A stretch of 64,000 bases of DNA from the NCBI GenBank assembly GCA_964016885.1, contig OZ024740.1, forward strand, positions 19,344,001 to 19,408,000, in the 5' to 3' direction. Positions 1-14,300 of this stretch are shown one piece after another (positions within the stretch are counted from its first letter, which is position 1; the number at the start of each line of letters is the position of its first letter). The notes under the pieces were generated by a model. It made no database searches and was not told the DNA's origin. It worked only from the letters and a program-made list of their open reading frames with translations. A program made the translations under genes and the position numbers. The DNA is from Eledone cirrhosa (lineage: Eukaryota).

Positions 1-38
1 TGACACTACAGACACATCACATATGTCTGACATTGTCT
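1..38. repeat. End of an upstream block of the 81-bp satellite
   Basis: tgacactacagacacatcacatatgtctgacattgtct matches the monomer that resumes at 2319. Confidence 0.9.
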
Positions 39-434
39 TTTAGCAGCATGGATTATAAATGTTATTGAGACTCGAGTAACACAATAATGATGTTAACAGC
101 AGAAATTAGCGATGAAATGTATGTTTATTTTGTTGTAGCACAAATAATGTTGGTTAACTTGTATGGTTGAAGTGACACATAAAATGAAGTTACAAAAGGG
201 AATGTGCCATCGCGCCGGAAAGCCGTCAGGCCAAGGTGCAAAATCTCACCGTCACATGTACGTTTTGCTGGTAAGAAGTTCCTGGTGAGAGTGGAAGATT
301 CTTTAAATCTTCGCAGGGAATTTCTCCTTCAGGACGCGTAGGGATACATCCTTTTCTACTGGCGTTGATTGGCTGAGCTGAGCCAAATCACGCACAGAGA
401 ATGTATGTGATCCCGCGGAAAGTAGATCACTACA
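39..434 (-). repeat. 3' LTR
   Basis: Minus strand reads TGTAGTGATC...GCTGCTAAA; direct copy of 1923-2318. Confidence 0.9.
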
Positions 435-437
435 ATA

Positions 438-447
438 CTCCCCTTCT
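438..447 (-). promoter_or_regulatory. Polypurine tract
   Basis: Minus strand AGAAGGGGAG, then TAT, then TGTAG at the start of the 3' LTR. Confidence 0.75.
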
Positions 448-1746
448 AGGCGGAAGTCGATACAGATTATTGAATCAGCAAGAACAAATGCTGAAAGAGC
501 ACATCAGTGAAAAAATAATTGAGCAGAAGGATGAATGCAAGAAAAAAAATGAGGCGCTAAGGGCTGTGTTGAGCCGCTGTGTCAAATGACTAGCTGTTTT
601 GTAGTTTATACGTGACCACCAAAGGTCTAACAGAAAACGGATAAAATCTGACATGGGCGAAGTTGCTGTTCTTGCATTAAATGTTAATGGTAAGTGTTGT
701 ATCAGTAGCTGTGGATGAAGCTATTATGGTAGTTTACCAGTGCTGGCAAGAAGATGATGGGTAGGCGAGAAAATGTTGGTCTCCCAGATGTATTGCCGAA
801 TGTGCTAGGGAGCCATGAAAAAATGGCTGGCTGCTTTGAAAAGAAAAAATTCAAGTTGAATCCGTTGGTGGGTCGCAGTGTAAATTTCATAATTCGGGCG
901 AATCCACAGAAGTGGTGGAAATGCTGACAAGTCCAGTTCCACCTGTTGTTTTCCCAGCGAGTCGGGCAAGGTAACAAGTTGGAGGTTGTTATGGACGATG
1001 AGTGTGCAACGAGATGCGAAACTGTTTGAGTTCAGCTGCAATTAGCATTCTCTTGTTGCGGTGCCTGTTTGAATCCAGGTGAATTAAGCTCTATGAGTCG
1101 CCAGCATGTGACGGCACCTCAACCAGGCGAAAAGGGACCTCGCAGAACATTACGTTTGAAGAACATATATCAAGAACAACATGTTGGTAGGTGACAAAGA
1201 AATGTGTGCACATGCAGGCATGTAAAACAGCAAAGAATGTGAATGAATAAAAACCATGAGCAAGCAAATAGCCAAAGAGCACAAAATAAGTAAATGCATT
1301 TTACAAAGAAATATGTGAATGTACCAAACTGATAATTCAAAGTCAATATAAGGGAGCAGAGAAATTAATGCTCAATGATAAGTTCAAAGTTTTTCAAAGT
1401 TAAATAGTTCACACATCACCAGTGTACAGACTTTCTGACACTAGTTCTATCTGAAAACTGAAAAAGAAGTTTGTCAATGCCACTAGGGGTTAGATGTATA
1501 TTGTTTTTGAGAGTTTTCGTGGCCATTTTACCGTCCTGCCACCTTGTGTGACATAAGGTTGTATTGCTTGTTTGTATTGCAGGAAGCCGTATCGAAAGAA
1601 AAAAAAATGTCTCCGGGCTATAATTTTGAAAATACAGGTGAAAGCATAGAAGTAAACAATATGATGTGTGGTGGTTGCGTCGGTAAGGCTATGAAGCTGC
1701 CATATCACTATTCCCTGTTGTTGGTTAGTGGTTAAACAATGTTGTC

Positions 1747-1793
1747 GCTGCTGCTGCTGCTGCTACTGCTGTTGTTGTTGTTGTTGTTGATTG
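1747..1793. repeat. (CTG)n/(TTG)n microsatellite inside the LTR element
   Basis: Directly visible trinucleotide runs. Confidence 0.85.
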
Positions 1794-1905
1794 TAGACAG
1801 GACTTGTCGGTAGCCATTTTGAAATTTCCTCGTGGCGAAAAGTTTGTGAAATACAACTCATTTTTTTTAAATTTTAAAAGGAATATTTTGTATTTACGAT
1901 ATTCC

Positions 1906-1921
1906 TCACGTCAGGTCACCA
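1906..1921 (-). promoter_or_regulatory. Primer-binding site, tRNA-Trp-like
   Basis: Minus strand TGGTGACCTGACGTGA starts 1 nt after the 5' LTR. It resembles the known tRNA-Trp PBS TGGTGACCCCGACGTGAT. Confidence 0.75.
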
Positions 1922-1922
1922 A

Positions 1923-2318
1923 TTTAGCAGCATGGATTATAAATGTTATTGAGACACGAGTAAAACAATAATGATGTCAACAGCAGAAATTAGAGATGAA
2001 ATGTATGTTTATTTTGTTGTAGCACAAATAATGTTGGTTAATTTGTATGGTTGAAGTTACACATAAAATGAAGTTACAAAAGGGAATGTGCCATTGCGCC
2101 GGAAAGCCGGCAGACCAGGGTACAAAATCTCACCGTCACATGTACGTGTTGCTGGTAAGAAATTCCTGGTGCGAGAGGAAGATTCTTCAAATCTTCGTGG
2201 GGAATTTCTCCCTCAGGACGCGTAGGGATACATCCTCTTCTACTGGCGCTGATTGGCTGAGCTGAGCCAAATCACGCACAGAGAATGTATGTGAGTCCGC
2301 GGAATGTAGGTCACTACA
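1923..2318 (-). repeat. 5' LTR
   Basis: Minus strand reads TGTAGTGACC...GCTGCTAAA, followed by the PBS. Confidence 0.9.
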
Positions 2319-5300
2319 GTCTGATGACTGTCAATACCCAGACCAGACGAAACTACACCATAACAGGACAATAGAGAAGCATAACATACGTCTGACATTG
2401 TCTACACCATAACAGGACAATAGAGAAACATAACATACGTCTGACATTGTCAGGCCTGACGAAACTACATGATAACGGGACACTACTGACACACCACATG
2501 TGTCTAATATTGTCTGGTGACGGTCAATACTCAGAGCAGACAAAACTATACCATAACATAATACTACAGACACATCACAGATGTCTGACATTGTCTGGTG
2601 ACTGTCAATACTCAGACCAGAAAATAATATACCATAACATGAGTCTACAGACACATCACATATGTCTGAGATTGTCTGATGACTGTCAATAATCAGGCTA
2701 GACGAAACTAGACCATAACATGATACTATGGACACCCCATATATGTCAGACGTTGCCTGGTGACAGTCAATACTCAGGCCAGACGAAGCTACAATATAAG
2801 AGGACACTACAGACACATTACATATGTCTGCCATTGTCTGGTGACTGTCAATACTCAGGCCAGACGAATCTACACCATAACAGGATGCCACAGACACACC
2901 ACATGTGTCTGACATTGTCTGGTGACGGTCAATACTCAGAGCAGACAAAGCTATACCATACAGGACACTACAGACACACTACAGATGTCTGACATTGTCT
3001 GGTGACTGTCAATACTCAGACCAGACGAAACTACACCATAACATGATACTACAGACACATCACAGATGTCTCACATTGTCTGGTGACAGTCAATACTCAG
3101 GCCAGACGAAACTACCCCATAACATGATACTAGAGACACAACACATATGTCTGATATTGTCTGGTGACTGTCAATACTCAGACCAGACGAAACTACCCCA
3201 TAACAGGATACTACCGACACACTACGGCAGTCTGACATTGTCTGGTGACTGTCAATACTCAGACCAGACGAAACTACCCCATAACATGACACTACAGACA
3301 CAGCACATATGTCTGACATTGTCTGGTGACTGTCAATACACAGACCAGACGAAACTACCCCATAACATGATACTACAGACACATCACAGATGTCTGACAT
3401 TGTCTGGTGACTGTCAATACACAGACCAGACGAAACTACCCCATAATATGATACTACAGACACATCACATATGCCTGACATTGTTTGGTGACTATCAATA
3501 CTCAGGCCAGACGAAACTACACCATAACATGATACTACAGACACACCACATATGTCTGACATTGTCTGGTGACTGTCAATACACACACCTGAGGAAACTA
3601 CACCATAACATGATATTATAGACACATCACATATGTCTGACATTGTCTGGGAACTGTCAATACTCAGGCCAGACGAAACTACACGATTACTGTACACTAC
3701 AGACACACCAAATATGTCTGACATTGTCTGGTGACGGTCAATACTCGGAGCAGACGAAACCGCACCATAACAGGACACTACAGACACACCACAGAAATCT
3801 GACATTGTCTACTGACTGTCAATACTCAGGCCAGACGAAACTACACCATAACAGGACACTACAGACACAGCACAGATGTCTGACATTGTCTGTTGACTGT
3901 CAATACTCAGACCAGATAAAAATACACCATAAAATGACTCTACAGACACATCACATATGTCTGACATTGCCTGGTGACTCTCAATACTCAGACCAGACGA
4001 AACTACACCATAACAGGACACTACAGACACACCACATATGTCAGACGTTGCCTGGTGACTGTCAATACTCAGGCTAGACGAAACTACACCATAACATTAT
4101 ACTACAGACACACCATATATGTCAGACGTTGCCTGGTTACTGTCAATACTCAGACAAGACGAAGCTACAATATAAAAGGACACTACAGACACCCCACCTA
4201 TGTCTGCCATTGTCTGGTGGCTGTCAATACTCAGGCTAGACGAAACTAAACCATAACATGATACTACAGACACATCACATATGTCTGACATTGTCTGGTG
4301 ACTATTAATATTCAGGCCAGAGGAAACTACACCATAACATGACGCTACAGACACATCACATATCTCTGACATTGTCTGGTGACTGTCAATACTCAGGCCA
4401 GACGAAAATACACCATAACATAATACTACTGACACACCACATATGTCTGACATTGTCTGGTGACTGTCAATACTCAGACCAGACGAAACTCCCCCATAAC
4501 AGGATACTACAGACACACTACGGCAGTCTGACATTCTCTGGTGACTCTCAATACTCAGACCAGAGGAAACTACACCATAACATGACTCAACAGACACATC
4601 ACATATGTCTGACCTTGTTTGGTGACTGTCAATACTTAGACCAGACGAAACTCCCCCATAACAGGATACTACAGACACACTACGGCAGTCTGACATTCTC
4701 TGGTGACTCTCAATACTCAGACCAGAGGAAACTACACCATAACATGACTCAACAGACACATCACATATGTCTGACCTTGTTTGGTGACTGTCAATACTTA
4801 GACCAGACGAAACTACCCCAAAACATGATACTATAGACACATCACATATGTCAGACGTTGCCTGGTGACTGTCAATACTCAGGCTAGACGAAACTACACC
4901 ATAAGATTATACTACAGACACACCACATATGTTAGACATTGCCTGGTTACTGTCAATACTCAGACAAGACGAAGCTACAATATAAAAGGACACTACAGAC
5001 ACCCCACCTATGTCTGACATTGTCTGGTGACTGTCAATACTCAGGCTAGACGAAACTACACCATAACATGATACTACAGACATATCACATATGTCTGACA
5101 TTGTCTGGTGACTATTAATACTCAGGCCAGAGGAAACTACACCATAACATGACACTACAGACACATCACATATCTCTGACATTTTCTGGTGACTGTCAAT
5201 AATTAGCTAGACGAAACTACCACAAAACATGATACTATAGACACATCACATATGTCAGACGTTGCCTGGTTACTGTCAATACTCAGACAAGACGAAGCTA

Positions 5301-8300
5301 CAATATAAGAGGACACTACAGACACATCACCGATGTCTAACATTGTCTGCTGACTGTCAATACTCAGACCAGACGAAACTACACCATAACGAGATACTAC
5401 AGACACACCAAATATGGTGACTGTCAATACTCAGGCCAGACGAAACTACACCATAACATGATATTACAGACACATCACACATGTCTGACATTTTCTGGTG
5501 ACTGTCAATACTCAGGCCAGACGAAACTACCACATAACATGACACTACAGACACATCACAGTTGTCTGACATTGTCTGGTGACTGTGAATTCTCAGACCA
5601 GACGAAACTACACCATAACATGATATTATAGATACATCACATATGTCTGACATTGTCTGGGAACTGTCAATACTCAGGCCAGACGAAACTACACGATAAG
5701 AGTACACTATAGACACACCACATATGTCTGACATCGTCTGGTGACGGTCAATACTCAGAGCAGACGAAACCACACCATAACAGGACACTACAGACACACC
5801 ACAGAAATCTGACATCGTCTACTGACAGTCAATACTCAGGCCAGACGAAACTACACCATAACAGGACACTACAGACACCAAATATGTCAGACATTGCCTG
5901 GTTACTGTCAATACTCAGAAAGACGAAGCTACAATATAAGAGGACACTACAGACACATCACAGATGTCTGACATTGTCTGCTGACTGTCAATACTCAGAC
6001 CAGACGAAACTACACCATAACATGATACTACAGACACACCACATATGTCTGACATTGTCTGATGACTGTCAATACTCAGGCCAGACGAAACTACAGCATA
6101 ACAGGACACTACAGACACACCACATATGTGTGTCCTTGTCTGATCACTGTCAATACTCAGGCCAGAGGAAACTACACCATAACATGGCACTACAGACACA
6201 TCACATGTGTCTGACATTGTCTGGTGACTGTCAATACTCAGGCCAGACGAAAATACACCATAACATGATATTATTGACACACCACATATGTTCGACATTG
6301 TCTGGTGAATGTCAATACTCGGACCAGACGAAACTCCCCCATCACAGGATACTACAGACACACTACGGCAGTCTGACATTGTCTGGTGACTGTCAAAACT
6401 CAGGCCAGACGAAACTACACCATAACATGACTCTACAGACACATCACATATTCTGACATTGTCTGGTGACTGTCAATACTCAGACCAGACGAAACTACCC
6501 CATAACATGATACTATAGACACATCACATATGTCTGACATTGTCTGGTGACTGTCAATACTCAGACCAGACGAAACTACACCATAACATGACACTACAGA
6601 CACATCACAGTTGTCTGACATTGTCTGGTGACTGTGAATTCTCAGACCAGACGAAACTACACCATAACATGATACTAAAGACACATGACAGATGTCTGAC
6701 ATTGTCTGGTGAATGTCAATACTCGGACCAGACGAAACTCCCCCATAACAGGATACTACAGACACACTACGGCAGTCTGACATCGTCTGGTGACAGTCAA
6801 AACTCAGGCCAGACGAAACTACACCATAGCATGTTACTACAGACACACCACATATGTCTGACATTGTCTGGTGAATGTCAATACTCGGACCAGACGAAAC
6901 TCCCCCATAACAGGATACTACAGACACACTACGGCAGTCTGACATCGTCTGGTGACTGTCAAAACTCAGGCCAGACGAAACTACACCATAGCATGTTACT
7001 ACAGACACATCACATATGTCTGACATTGTCTGGTGACTCTCAAAACTCAGGCCAGAGGAAACTACAACTTAACATGAATCTACAGACACATCACATATTC
7101 TGACATTGTCTGGTGACTGTCAATACTCAGACCAGACGAAACTACCCCATAACATGATACTATAGACACATCACATATGTCTGACATTGTCTGGTGACTG
7201 TCAATACTCAGGCCAGACGAAACTACAGCATAACATGACACTACAGACACACTACGGCAGTCTGACATTGTCTGGTGACTGTCAATACACAGGCCAGAAA
7301 GAAATACACGATAACATGATACTACAGACACATCACATATGTCTGATATTGTCTGGTGACTCTCATTACTCAGACCAGACCACACGAAACTACACCATAG
7401 CATGTTACTACAGACACACCACATATGTCAGACGTTGCCTGGTGACTGTCAATACACAGGCTAGACGAAACAACACGATAACATTTAACTATAGACACAC
7501 CACATATGTAAGACGTTGCCTGGTTACTGTCAATACTCAGACAAGACGAAGTTACAATATAAGAGGACACTACAGACACATCAGCGATGTCTGACATTGT
7601 CTGCTGACTGTCAATACTCAGATCAGACGAAACTACACCATGACGGGATACTACAGACACACCACATATGTCTGACATTGTCTGATGACTGTCAATACTC
7701 AGGCCAGACGAAACTACAGCATAACAGGACACTACAGACACACCACATATGTGTGTCCTTTTCTGATCACTGTCAATACTCAGGCCAGAGGAAACTACAC
7801 CATAACATGGCACTACAGACACATCGCATGTGTCTGACATTGTCTGGTGAATGTCAATACTCGGACCAGACGAAACTCCCCCATCACAGGATACTATAGA
7901 CACACTACGGCAGTCTGACATTGTCTGGTGACTGTCAAAACTCAGGCCAGACGAAACTACACCATAGCATGTTACTACAGACACATCACATAGTCTGACA
8001 TTGTCTGGTGACTGTCGATACTCAGACCAGACGATACTACCCCATAACATGATACTATAGACACATCACATATGTCTGACATTGTCTGGTGACACTCAAT
8101 ACTCAGGCCAGACGAAAGTACACCATAACATGACATTACAGACACATCACATATTCTGACATTGTCTGGTGACTGTGAATACTCAGACCAGACGAAACTA
8201 CACCATAACATGATACTACAGACACACCACATATGTCTGACATTGTCTGGTGACATTCAATACTCAGACCAGACGAAAGTACACCATAACATGACACTAC

Positions 8301-11300
8301 AGACACATCACAGATGTCTGACATTGTCTGGTGACTGTGAATTCTCAGACCAGACGAAACTCCCCCATAACAGGATACTACAGACACACTACGGCAGTCT
8401 GACATTGTCTGGTGACTGTCAAAACTCAGGCCAGACGAAACTACACCATAGCATGTTACTACAGACACATCACATATTCTGACATTGTCTGGTGACTGTC
8501 AATACTCAGACCAGACGAAACTACCCCATAACATGATACTATAGACACATCACACATGTCTGACATTGGATGGTGACGGTCAATACTCAGAGCAAACGAA
8601 ACTACACCATAACAGGATACTACAGACACACCACATATGTCTGGCATTGTCTGGTGAATGTCAATACTCGGACCAGACGAAACTACACCATAGCATGTTA
8701 ATACAGACACATCACATATGTCTGACATTGTCTGGTGACTCTCAAAACTCAGGCCAGAGGAAACTACACCATAACATGACACTACAGACACATCACATAT
8801 TCTGACATTGTCTGGTGACTGTCAATACTCAGACCAGACGAAACTACCCCATAACATGATATTATAGACAAATCACATATGTCTGACATTGTCTGGTGAC
8901 TGTCAATACTCAGGCCAGACGAAAGTACACCATGACATGACACTACAGACACATCACATATTCTGACATTGTCTGGTGACTGTGAATACTCAGGCCAGAG
9001 GCAACTACACCATAACATGACACTACAGACACACTACGGCAGTCTGACATTGTCTGGTGACTGTCAATACACAGGCCAGAAAGAAATACACGATACCATG
9101 ATACTACAGACACATCACATATGTCTGACATTGTCTGGTGACTCATTACTCAGACCAGACCACACGAAACTACACCATAACATGACTCGACAGACACACC
9201 ACATATGTCAGACGTTGCCTGGTGACTGTCAATACTCAGGCTAGACGAAACAACACGATAACATTTTACTACAGACACACCACATATGTAAGACGTTGCC
9301 TGGTTACTGTCAATACTCAGACAAGACGAAGCTACAATATAAGAGGACACTACAGACACATCAGCGATGTCTAACATTGTCTGCTGACTGCCAATTCTCA
9401 GACCAGACGAAACTACACCATGACGGGATACTACAGACACCCTACATATGTCTGACATTATCTGATGACTGTCAATACTCAGGCCAGACGAAACTACACC
9501 ATAACATGATATTACTGACACATCACACATGTCTGACATTGTCTGGTGACTGTCAATACTCAGACCAGAAGAAACTACACCATAACATGATACTACTGAC
9601 ACACCACATACGTCTGACATTGTCTGGTGACTGTCAATACTCAGGCCAGACGAAAATACACCATAACAGGACACTGCAGACACACCACATATGTGTGTCT
9701 TTGTCTGGTGACTGTCAATACTCAGGCCAAAGGAAACTACACCATATCATGACACTACAGAGACATCACATATGTCTGACATTGTCTGGTGACTGTCAAT
9801 ACTCAGCTAGACGAAACTACTCCATAACATGACACTACAGACACACCACATGTGTCTGACATTGTCTGGTGACTGTCAATACTCAGGCCAGACGAAAATA
9901 CACCATAACATGATACTACTGACACACCACATATGTCTGACATTGTCTGGTGACTGTCAATACTCGGACCGGACGAAACTCCCCCATAACAGGATAGTAC
10001 AGACACACTACGGCAGTCTGACATTGTCTGGTGACTATCAAATCTAAGGCCAGACGAAACTACACCATAGCATATTACTACAGACACATCACAGATGTCT
10101 ACATTGTCTGAACACTGTCAATACTCAGGCCAGACGAAACTACCCAATAACAGGACACTACAGACACCTCAGATATGTCTGACATTGTCTGGTGACTGTC
10201 AATACTCAGACCAGACGAAACTACCCCATAACATGATACTAGTGACACATCACATATGTCTGAGATTGTCTGGTGACTGTCAATATGCAGACCAGACGAA
10301 ACTACACCATAACATGACACTACAGATACACCACAGATGTCTGACATTGTCTGATGACTGTCAATAATCAGGCCAGATGAAACTACACCATAACATGACA
10401 CTACAGACACACCACCTATGTCTGACATTGTCTGGTGACTGTCAATACTCACGCTAGACGAAACTACACCATAACAGGATAGTACAGACACACCACAGAT
10501 GTCCGACATTGTCTGATGACTGTCAATAATCAGACCAGATGAAACTACACCTTAACATGACACTACAGACACATCACAGATGTCTGACATTGTCTGATGA
10601 CTGTCAATACTCAGGCAAGACGAAAGTACACCATAACATGACACTACAGACACATCATAGATGTCTGACATTGTCTGAACACTGTAATACTCAAGCCAGA
10701 GGAAACTACACCATAACATGATACTACAGACCCATCACAGATGTCTGACATTGTCTGGTGACTGTCAATACTCAGGCCAAAGGAAACTACACCATATCAT
10801 GACACTACAGACACATCACATGTGTCTGACATTGTCTGGTGACTGTCAATACTCAGCTAGACGAAACTACTCCATAACATGACACTACAGACACACCACA
10901 TGTGTCTGACATTGTCTGGTGACTGTCAATACTCAGGCCAGACGAAAATACAACATAACATGATACTACTGACACACCACATATGTCTGACATTGTCTGG
11001 TGACTGTCAATACTCAGGCCAGACGAAACTACACCATAACAGGACACTGCAGACACACCACATATGTGTGTCCTTGTCTGATGGCTGTCAATACTCAGGC
11101 CAAAGGAAACTACACCATAACATGACACTACAGACACATCACACATGTCTGACATTGTCTGCTGACTGTCAATACTCAGCTAGACGAAACTACACCATAA
11201 CATGACACTACAGACACATCACATATGTCTGACGTTGTCTGGTGACTGTCAATACTCAAGCCAGACGAAAATACACCATAACATGATACTACTGACACAC

Positions 11301-14300
11301 CACATATGTCTGACATTGTCTGGTGACTGTCAATACTCGGACCGGACGAAACTCCCCCATAACAGGATAGTACAGACACACTACGGCAGTCTGACATTGT
11401 CTGGTGACTATCAAATCTCAGGCCAGACGAAACTACACCATAGCATGTTACTACAGACACATCACAGATGTCTGACATTGTCTGGTGACTGTCAATACAT
11501 AGACCAGACGAAACTGCCCTATAAAATGATACTACAGACACATCACATATGTCTGACATTGTCTGGTGACTGTGAATACTCAGACCAGACGAAACTACAC
11601 CATAACATGACACTACAGACACATCACAGATGTCTACATTGTCTGAACACTGTCAATACTCAGGCCAGACGAAACTACCCAATAACAGGACACTACAGAC
11701 ACCTCAGATATGTCTGACATTGTCTGGTGACTGTCAATACTCAGACCAGACGAAACTACCCCATAACATGAAACTAGTGACACATCACATATGTCTGAGA
11801 TTGTCTGGTGACTGTCAATATGCAGACCAGACGAAACTACACCATAACATGACACTACAGATACACCACAGATGTCTGACATTGTCTGATGACTGTCAAT
11901 AATGAGGCCAGATGAAACTACACCATAACATGACACTACAGACACACCACCTATGTCTGACATTGTCTGGTGACTGTCAATACTCACGCTAGACGAAACT
12001 ACACCATAACAGGATAGTACAGACACATCACAGATGTCCGACATTGTCTGATGACTGTCAATAATCAGACCAGATGAAACTACACCTTAACATGACACTA
12101 CAGACACATCACAGATGTCTGACATTGTCTGATGACTGTCAATACTCAGGCAAGACGAAAGTACACCATAACATGACACTACAGACACATCATAGATGTC
12201 TGACATTGTCTGAACACTGTAATACTCAAGCCAGAGGAAACTACACCATAACATGATACTACAGACCCATCACAGATGTCTGACATTGTCTGGTGACTGT
12301 CAATACTCAGGCCAAAGGAAACTACACCATATCATGACACTACAGACACATCACATGTGTCTGACATTGTCTGGTGACTGTCAATACTCAGCTAGACGAA
12401 ACTACTCCATAACATGACACTACAGACACACCACATGTGTCTGACATTGTCTGGTGACTGTCAATACTCAGGCCAGACGAAAATACAACATAACATGATA
12501 CTACTGACACACCACATATGTCTGACATTGTCTGGTGACTGTCAATACTCAGGCCAGACGAAACTACACCATAACAGGACACTGCAGACACACCACATAT
12601 GTGTGTCCTTGTCTGATGGCTGTCAATACTCAGGCCAAAGGAAACTACACCATAACATGACACTACAGACACATCACACATGTCTGACATTGTCTGCTGA
12701 CTGTCAATACTCAGCTAGACGAAACTACACCATAACATGACACTACAGACACATCACATATGTCTGACGTTGTCTGGTGACTGTCAATACTCAAGCCAGA
12801 CGAAAATACACCATAACATGATACTACTGACACACCACATATGTCTGACATTGTCTGGTGACTGTCAATACTCGGACCGGACGAAACTCCCCCATAACAG
12901 GATAGTACAGACACACTACGGCAGTCTGACATTGTCTGGTGACTATCAAATCTCAGGCCAGACGAAACTACACCATAGCATGTTACTACAGACACATCAC
13001 AGATGTCTGACATTGTCTGGTGACTGTCAATACATAGACCAGACGAAACTGCCCTATAAAATGATACTACAGACACATCACATATGTCTGACATTGTCTG
13101 GTGACTGTGAATACTCAGACCAGACGAAACTACACCATAACATGACACTACAGACACATCACAGATGTCTACATTGTCTGAACACTGTCAATACTCAGGC
13201 CAGACGAAACTACCCAATAACAGGACACTACAGACACCTCAGATATGTCTGACATTGTCTGGTGACTGTCAATACTCAGACCAGACGAAACTACCCCATA
13301 ACATGATACTAGTGACACATCACATATGTCTGAGATTGTCTGGTGACTGTCAATATGCAGACCAGACGAAACTACACCATAACATGACACTACAGATACA
13401 CCACAGATGTCTGACATTGTCTGATGACTGTCAATAATCAGGCCAGATGAAACTACACCATAACATGACACTACAGACACACCACCTATGTCTGACATTG
13501 TCTGGTGACTGTCAATACTCACGCTAGACGAAACTACACCATAACAGGATGGTACAGACACACCACAGATGTCCGACATTGTCTGATGACTGTCAATAAT
13601 CAGACCAGATGAAACTACACCTTAACATGACACTACAGACACATCACAGATGTCTGACATTGTCTGATGACTGTCAATACTCAGGCAAGACGAAAGTACA
13701 CCATAACATGACACTACAGACACATCATAGATGTCTGACATTGTCTGAACACTGTAATACTCAAGCCAGAGGAAACTACACCATAACATGATACTACAGA
13801 CCCATCACAGATGTCTGACATTGTCTGGTGACTGTCAATACTCAGGCCAAAGGAAACTACACCATATCATGACACTACAGACACATCACATGTGTCTGAC
13901 ATTGTCTGGTGACTGTCAATACTCAGCTAGACGAAACTACTCCATAACATGACACTACAGACACACCACATGTGTCTGACATTGTCTGGTGACTGTCAAT
14001 ACTCAGGCCAGACGAAAATACAACATAACATGATACTACTGACACACCACATATGTCTGACATTGTCTGGTGACTGTCAATACTCAGGCCAGACGAAACT
14101 ACACCATAACAGGACACTGCAGACACACCACATATGTGTGTCCTTGTCTGATGGCTGTCAATACTCAGGCCAAAGGAAACTACACCATAACATGACACTA
14201 CAGACACATCACACATGTCTGACATTGTCTGCTGACTGTCAATACTCAGCTAGACGAAACTACACCATAACATGACACTACAGACACATCACATATGTCT

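Larger units (their letters stand above)
39..2318 (-). mobile_element. Non-autonomous LTR retrotransposon (Ty3/gypsy-like signals, no recognisable gag/pol) inserted in the satellite
   Basis: Two 396-bp direct repeats (39-434, 1923-2318; about 25 substitutions by eye, ~94% identical). GTCT duplicated at 35-38 and 2319-2322. PBS and PPT are correctly placed for a minus-strand element. Confidence 0.9.

Noticed and set aside
401-1735. Short ORFs inside the LTR element as gag or pol remnants
   Set aside because: I could not recognise any zinc knuckle, protease, RT or integrase motif. A profile HMM search would be needed.
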